Under the pieces are notes generated by a model, which saw nothing but the letters and a program-made list of their open reading frames with translations, ran no database searches and had not been told where the DNA came from. A program made the translations under genes and the position numbers. 64,000 nt of DNA from Candidatus Poribacteria bacterium (lineage in GTDB: Bacteria; Poribacteria; WGA-4E; WGA-3G): the NCBI GenBank assembly GCA_963665235.2, contig CAXXLX010000001.1, forward strand, positions 2,048,001-2,112,000, given 5' to 3'. This document shows positions 58,630 through 64,000 of the stretch, piece after piece (positions within the stretch are counted from its first letter, which is position 1; every line of letters starts with the position of its first letter).

Positions 58630-58659
58630 GCAGCATCAAGGACACACACCTAATAGATT

Positions 58660-59016
58660 ATGCAAATTATTGAGGAACGAGAAGTGTGGATACACACACA
58701 CTTCATCGTTGATAGCTTTTACATCACGGCACAGGAACAGCGACAGGTTTCTCTGACGGTTGAGCCTGAACTCTTACTGATGGGGCTCCAGTACGGTCTG
58801 ACGTACAACATCGCTCCTGCCAAACACCGTGCTATCATCGTCTTGGAGTGTATCCCGTTTGACCCGGTTAAAGCGGTAATTAAACAGTTGATTAATGAAG
58901 TTATAGAAGACTTCCCGGTTCGGCACCCGGAGCAACGGAACGTCGTCACCAATATTACCGTCGCGGCTGCGGAAACAGAGGATACGGATATCAGTGCCCA
59001 AGCCCTGGACCCTTAA
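58660..59016 (+). CDS. Hypothetical protein
   Basis: 118-aa ATG ORF with plausible composition. Confidence 0.6.
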   Translation: MQIIEEREVWIHTHFIVDSFYITAQEQRQVSLTVEPELLLMGLQYGLTYNIAPAKHRAIIVLECIPFDPVKAVIKQLINEVIEDFPVRHPEQRNVVTNITVAAAETEDTDISAQALDP

Positions 59017-60344
59017 GGACTTGTGTCCCCACGGTGCCATCGGTAATGTTAAAAATTGATGGAAATGTGTCGCGCCATCCATCGTTTGCACCTGGACAAA
59101 ATTGACGTGCGTTGCCTTCAATCGCTGTCACACCCGGTATCCGTGCAGCCAGCCCGGCTGAATGCAGAAAGGATGCCCCCGGACACGTCAAATCTTGCAC
59201 CGCGAGAAACATATCGTATTCGGCAGCCGCGGCCCCCATCAGCAACGCTTGTGACTGCCCCTTGCATGCTTTAAGTGCAACACCGGAATACCCCTGCTCG
59301 CGTGCAAGTAGGAACGTTTCAAAGTCTGTAAGCGATTCGTCAATAACGACCGGTTTTATCTCCGCAGCTTTGTGCATCCGATTTTCAGGGTGTGCCTTCA
59401 GGTCTCGGTCGGTCGGTTGTTCAATGTATGCGAGCCGTTCAAAGGCGTGCCCCTCCCCCTCCTGAATTCGCTTGAGAAATTCCAACAGATATTCCACATC
59501 TTGGCATGTTTCATTGAAGTCGGCGGAGTAGTGCCATGTGCTAACCCCTCGTTTCGCCTGTGTTTCTGCGGTGATTTTGTCAATCGCCAGCACACGTGCC
59601 ACATCCCACGCTAAGTCGTCGCCATTCAGTTTTATTTTAAGATGTGTCAAACCGTCTGCCTCAATCCATTCGGGGAGCGTTTCAGGCAAGCTGTCATTGA
59701 GGCGGTTTGCGATATCAGCTTCTGTGAGCGGGTCAAGCGCGCCGATGAGGTGATAGAGCGGCATACGCTGCTTCGGATGTCGTGAAGTATACCGGTCGAG
59801 GTATTTTCCGCTGAACCGTTCATTCAAAAAATGCGATAAATCTGCTTGAATAAAATCTGTCCCTAATCCGTTATAGCTATTGATGCCGTTTGCCTTCCCG
59901 AACCCGTCGTGAATGGCAGCATCTATTGGGCTTGTCGTAACAACGGTGCAGAGTTTCGGTATTGGCGCGTCAATTTGCATGTGTTGTGCCAATTCGTCAG
60001 CGATTTTTAGAAATTCGGGTTCAAGTGTTTCGGAGAGTTCAAGCGGATGTGCACAAAGGGAGCAATCCTGCGCTGCTGCCGACTGCAAGTTCAGCGAGCT
60101 GTTTCATCGCCGCGAGGCTCTGTTCAAAGGGTGCGTAGCGTGGCGGAAATGCCCAGACATTGCCGAGAGGCATTGAACCGCTCCCTTCCGCCTCCTTCCC
60201 ATCCCGCGTTTGGACCTGCATCCGTACGTTAAAAAGCACACAATGTTCTGTCGGCACCCCGCCAAATTTGAGCGGTGTACGGTATTGGTGTTCCTCAAAG
60301 TCGTAATGAACATCAAGAATGCGAATATCGGTGGGTTTTGACAT
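58991..60344 (-). pseudogene. Enolase-superfamily (mandelate racemase-like) protein split by a frameshift near 60085
   Basis: N-part RTPLKFGG...GSMPLGNVWAFP; C-part HLKIKL, DFNE, IEQP, IDES and ALKACK. Could be a sequencing error. Confidence 0.75.
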
Positions 60345-60455
60345 GGTTTCCTCATAGACGTGAGATAGCCCGAAATGAACATAGGTGGGTAAATCTTTTT
60401 GGAAAGGCGCGGTTTGAAACCGCGCCTATAAACGTGTAACCTGAAAATGTACGCC

Positions 60456-61625
60456 TTACTCAATGCCCAACTTGTCGTTAATTTCCTTCTGATAGCCTTC
60501 CAATTCGCAGTTCTCAATTTCCGCAATTGTTACAGGTCGTCCGAACCATCCGGATTCATAGGCTGCCATGCAGATAGCTTCAGACCGCATGCCTTCCACA
60601 GCGTCCACTTCAGGTTTACCGCCTGTGCGGATTGCGTCAGCGAAGTATTTGAGCTCAATTGCGACCGTATCGCCCATGCCAGCGGGGAAGTAGTATTCCC
60701 GTTCCTCATCGGTGAGGCTGTCCATGAACTCCTTCTGAAGGTCATCATTAGAAATCGGTTCACCGCCGCGCGGTATGAGCCCTCTGCCCCAATCCAGCGC
60801 ACCCTCACTGCCGTAGACGGTATGTTGTCCGAAGCCATGTGCTGGGGCTGAGCCGACCCATGTCCACTGTGCGGTAACGCCTTGTTCGAACTTGATCGTA
60901 GCAATCATAGCGTCTTCAACATCAACTGAGTAGCCGCCTTCACGTGCACCGGGGTTATCGTAGCGGTAAGGTTCGTAGGCTTTGTTGATAGCGTAGACCT
61001 CTTCAGCTTCCAGGCCGAGGATATAACGCATAAGGTCGGTAAAATGCACGCCGCCATCTAGTGCCCATCCGCCGCCTGCATCCATTTTGAAGTTGCGCCA
61101 TCCCCATTTTCCCATAGCTTCGCCGACTTCAATCCAGAAAAACATCCGCGGGTCACCGATGCGTCCCTGTGCAATTACCCAGCTACGCGTACGTTGAATG
61201 CGGGCTAATCGATAGTTTTCGGCGACAGAGATAATTTTATCGTTGCGCTCCGCTGCTTCCATCATCAGTTTGCAGGCACGCATCGTTATACCGAACGGTT
61301 TCTCGATAATGACATGCTTACCCGCTTCAAGTGCCGGCACAGCGAGAATATGATGTGCACTGTGAAGTGCACAGATGTCAACACACTCTAAATCGGGATG
61401 CTTCGCCAGCATCTCGTCGAGGTCCGTATAGACAGCGGGTTTCGTGCCGCCTTGGAATTCGTGTGCCTGATTTGCACGCTGCTCGGCTCGTCCTTTGTCT
61501 ATATCGCATGCCGCGATGATATCGAAATCTCTCAACTCTTTCGACCAGAGTTCGCGGTAACCGTTCATGTGGGCACCGGACATACCGCCACATCCGACTA
61601 ATCCCATTTTAATTCGCTCAGCCAT
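60456..61625 (-). CDS. Gfo/Idh/MocA family oxidoreductase
   Basis: GLVGCGGM, HVIIEKP and DGGVHFTD motifs. Confidence 0.92.
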   Translation of the reverse strand: MAERIKMGLVGCGGMSGAHMNGYRELWSKELRDFDIIAACDIDKGRAEQRANQAHEFQGGTKPAVYTDLDEMLAKHPDLECVDICALHSAHHILAVPALEAGKHVIIEKPFGITMRACKLMMEAAERNDKIISVAENYRLARIQRTRSWVIAQGRIGDPRMFFWIEVGEAMGKWGWRNFKMDAGGGWALDGGVHFTDLMRYILGLEAEEVYAINKAYEPYRYDNPGAREGGYSVDVEDAMIATIKFEQGVTAQWTWVGSAPAHGFGQHTVYGSEGALDWGRGLIPRGGEPISNDDLQKEFMDSLTDEEREYYFPAGMGDTVAIELKYFADAIRTGGKPEVDAVEGMRSEAICMAAYESGWFGRPVTIAEIENCELEGYQKEINDKLGIE

Positions 61626-61827
61626 ATAGGCCTCCTTCTGTAATTCTTCCGACAGTTATGAATAAAATTCATTAAATTTCTTCACTCGGCGCGCTTTAGA
61701 AGTCCGCGCCGCCACACTACAAAATAACTTCTGCCCAAAATTGTATAGGATATGTGATTACAAGTCAACGTTTTTTTCTTTTTTCCAAGGTCATTTTTTT
61801 CGTTGTTTATTCACCCTCCCCTTTTCT

Positions 61828-61889
61828 GTAGGAGCGTGCTATGCACGCGACCTCCGCCTCTTATGTAGGAGCGAGCTGTGCTCGCGATT
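61828..61889 (+). repeat. Two GTAG-type REP units
   Basis: GTAGGAGCGTGCTATGCACGCGA and GTAGGAGCGAGCTGTGCTCGCGA, with a compensatory stem change. Confidence 0.72.
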
Positions 61890-62052
61890 TCCACCGCCAA
61901 TTCTATTTTTTGTATGTAACCGAAGTGCGGGGACATTCGAAAGACGTGTCTTGTGTCACGGGCTTTTTTCTTATTATGCACAACGATAAGCTATAACAGA
62001 GCAATTAACGCTTCGATGCAACTTGACAGATTTTAGCGGAGGATATAGAATT

Positions 62053-62469
62053 GTGAAAACGAAACTTTTAACAACGAACGTCAATAGAGCCGCCGTGGCT
62101 GCATTCGGAGGTCTCATCGTTAGCTCGCTCTGTGCGCTCTTTTTTGCGCAGCATGTGCTCCGCCTCAGTGTCGTCGCCTTTGCTATTTCGTTATGGGGGT
62201 TTCTGTCCCTAAAACATCAGGACACTCCGCAACCGAAAGGGCACCGCTGGCGCAAGATAGGACTCACCACGGCTCTGATTGTTTTGATGGGTGGGTGCCT
62301 GCTGTTTGGCACAATCAAACGGATTGCTGCGACACAGACAGACGTTCCCGCCTGTACGGGATGGACACACCCGGATTGTAATAAGGAGAGACCGGAAAAA
62401 TCACCGTGTCCATCTGTCAAATGCCCTCTATCGCAGCACCGCAGCGATATAAGGGATAGTCGAAAATAA
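62053..62469 (+). CDS. Hypothetical membrane protein with Cys-rich C-terminus
   Basis: Probable GTG start after GGAGG; three hydrophobic segments. Confidence 0.5.
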   Translation: MKTKLLTTNVNRAAVAAFGGLIVSSLCALFFAQHVLRLSVVAFAISLWGFLSLKHQDTPQPKGHRWRKIGLTTALIVLMGGCLLFGTIKRIAATQTDVPACTGWTHPDCNKERPEKSPCPSVKCPLSQHRSDIRDSRK

Positions 62470-62481
62470 GGAGGATTTACT

Positions 62482-63378
62482 ATGCGTAGAAAAATGTATT
62501 GGGGACTTGCTGTCTTTATTGTTATCCTATTCACGGCTGGTGTTTTCCTGCTGACACAGCGGAACATCGACATGGAACCTGATGTTGTTTATGAGCCGCC
62601 GTCACCGGAAGTTATCCAAAAGATAAAGGATGACATCGCTGAACGGAACGCAGAGGAGGGTGCCAAACCCCCGCCACCTGGTGCCTCCCCGAATGGGCAT
62701 TGGCACGATGGTGTATGGCACAATGAACCGCATGCTGTAGATATTTCAAAGCCGGAATCTCTGCCCATCCGTTTTGGAACGCGCCTCCCCTTACTAGTGG
62801 AAACAGAAAACCCTGTGCTGCTGAAACCTATCCCATTACGAACAACCAATGGTGATGATATTGATATCGATTGGGTGTCGCTTTCCCCCGCAGAACTATC
62901 TGATACGATTGCGAAACTTCAACAAAGGGAAATATCCGCCCCCGACGGGTATCACTATACACGTAACATTGAAGGATTACTCATCTTGGATGAAAGCGGT
63001 TACCCTATTATCCATAAAGATGGGGAAGATTCTTTCTCTGTTGCCTGGAAGATGGCGTTCAAACCAACACGGGAACAACTATCGGAATACCAACAACTTG
63101 CAAGGCGGTATTATCAACTAGAAGGAGATATACCACCTTCACCCGAACTCGATCAAGTCAAAGCACGGATGGATTATATGGAACGCACATACGTCGGCCC
63201 GCTCCCTATTAGCTTTGGGAGTTCATTTTCTATCCCAGCTGAATCATTTTCTATCTCAGATGAAATGGCGAGGGAGGAATATAAAGCGGCAATGAAGCGT
63301 AATAGTGAAATCAATTTACAATTGAAAGCCGAAATTTTTAGACAGTTAGGCATTGAGTATCTATTAGAACTCTACTAG
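62482..63378 (+). CDS. Hypothetical membrane-anchored protein with GHWHDGVWHNEPH motif
   Basis: RBS AGGAGG, N-terminal TM helix, Pro-rich linker. Confidence 0.75.
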   Translation: MRRKMYWGLAVFIVILFTAGVFLLTQRNIDMEPDVVYEPPSPEVIQKIKDDIAERNAEEGAKPPPPGASPNGHWHDGVWHNEPHAVDISKPESLPIRFGTRLPLLVETENPVLLKPIPLRTTNGDDIDIDWVSLSPAELSDTIAKLQQREISAPDGYHYTRNIEGLLILDESGYPIIHKDGEDSFSVAWKMAFKPTREQLSEYQQLARRYYQLEGDIPPSPELDQVKARMDYMERTYVGPLPISFGSSFSIPAESFSISDEMAREEYKAAMKRNSEINLQLKAEIFRQLGIEYLLELY

Positions 63379-63404
63379 GCTCTTCAACATAAAGGAGAAC
63401 TGTT

Positions 63405-64000
63405 ATGAAAATGAAACAGATAGGATGGGATACACACTTACTCATAATCAGCGCACTGCTGATACTACTTTTGGGAACGGTCGTATGGGGAAAGATCGAA
63501 TTCTCCTCTGATGCGGGGTATACGGCACCTGTAATATCCGGTTCAGATCCGCTGCGAAAAAAAGTGGAGATTACCACAGGTGCTGCGGAGTGGCCGGATG
63601 GCAAAGAAGTATCCGTAAAGATTGCAGCCCTTGTAGGAGGACTGGGGATTGGACAGGGCACGTTGGCACCGGTCACTATACTTGGACAAACGTATGCGAC
63701 ATGGCAGGGTTCCCCCAAGGAAATCGGCACCAAAACCACTTCGGGCCGCTGGAAATATGAGGGTGATACCGTAACGGCAGTCAAGAGGGAATCCATACCC
63801 TCCAACAACCAACAGACTACTTTTGATTGGAGTGCTGAGGGCAGTGTGAAAATCACGCCTTATGTTTGGCAAGAGAGTGTCTCTATTGGTGGTGCTATCC
63901 GGTGGCCGTTTGCAATACAGGGGTCGTTTGGCACGACGGGAACCTGGGCGAGTAGTGCCAACCATTCTACCACCCGGAGCGCAGCGTCAGGAAAAAAGGG
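63405..64000 (+). CDS. Hypothetical secreted protein, runs off the window edge
   Basis: RBS AAGGAG. MKMKQIGWDTHLLIISALLILLLGTVVWG... is open to the window end. Confidence 0.7.
   Translation, partial: MKMKQIGWDTHLLIISALLILLLGTVVWGKIEFSSDAGYTAPVISGSDPLRKKVEITTGAAEWPDGKEVSVKIAALVGGLGIGQGTLAPVTILGQTYATWQGSPKEIGTKTTSGRWKYEGDTVTAVKRESIPSNNQQTTFDWSAEGSVKITPYVWQESVSIGGAIRWPFAIQGSFGTTGTWASSANHSTTRSAASGKK

Noticed and set aside
8-63965. Numerous short antisense or overlapping ORFs in the six-frame track
   Set aside because: They are shadows of well-supported genes on another strand or frame, with no motifs or RBS.

Overview
Bacterial chromosomal window, probably Candidatus Poribacteria or a relative. 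This is inferred from tandem PhyH dioxygenases, LamG/DUF1349 secreted proteins sharing a C-terminal 'V-x-P-x-x-K-L-x-x-x-W-G-x-L-K' tail, C-type lectin proteins and a CRTAC1/FG-GAP protein. Core content: peptidases, rhaI-rpiA, a metallophosphoesterase followed by an expanded pst/phoU operon with K+ channel genes, glnE, and pepP. Defence-type content: an ABC-ATPase/DUF4276 pair; an SNF2 helicase-DUF1156 methylase-DUF499 ATPase-FRG/TPR cluster; a fused, degenerate MNT-HEPN; and a cholera-toxin-like ADP-ribosyltransferase coupled to an unknown partner. The most unusual layer is non-coding, with no mobilising enzyme in the window. It includes many GTAG-type REP families and several nested MITEs, one of which carries locus-specific amplified REP arrays. 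It also includes a recurring ~28-nt hairpin micro-element that appears to overwrite C^GTAG sites, including in-frame inside a tnpB gene, plus three other 29-65 nt hairpin micro-insertions. All calls come from reading the sequence; no database searches were run.
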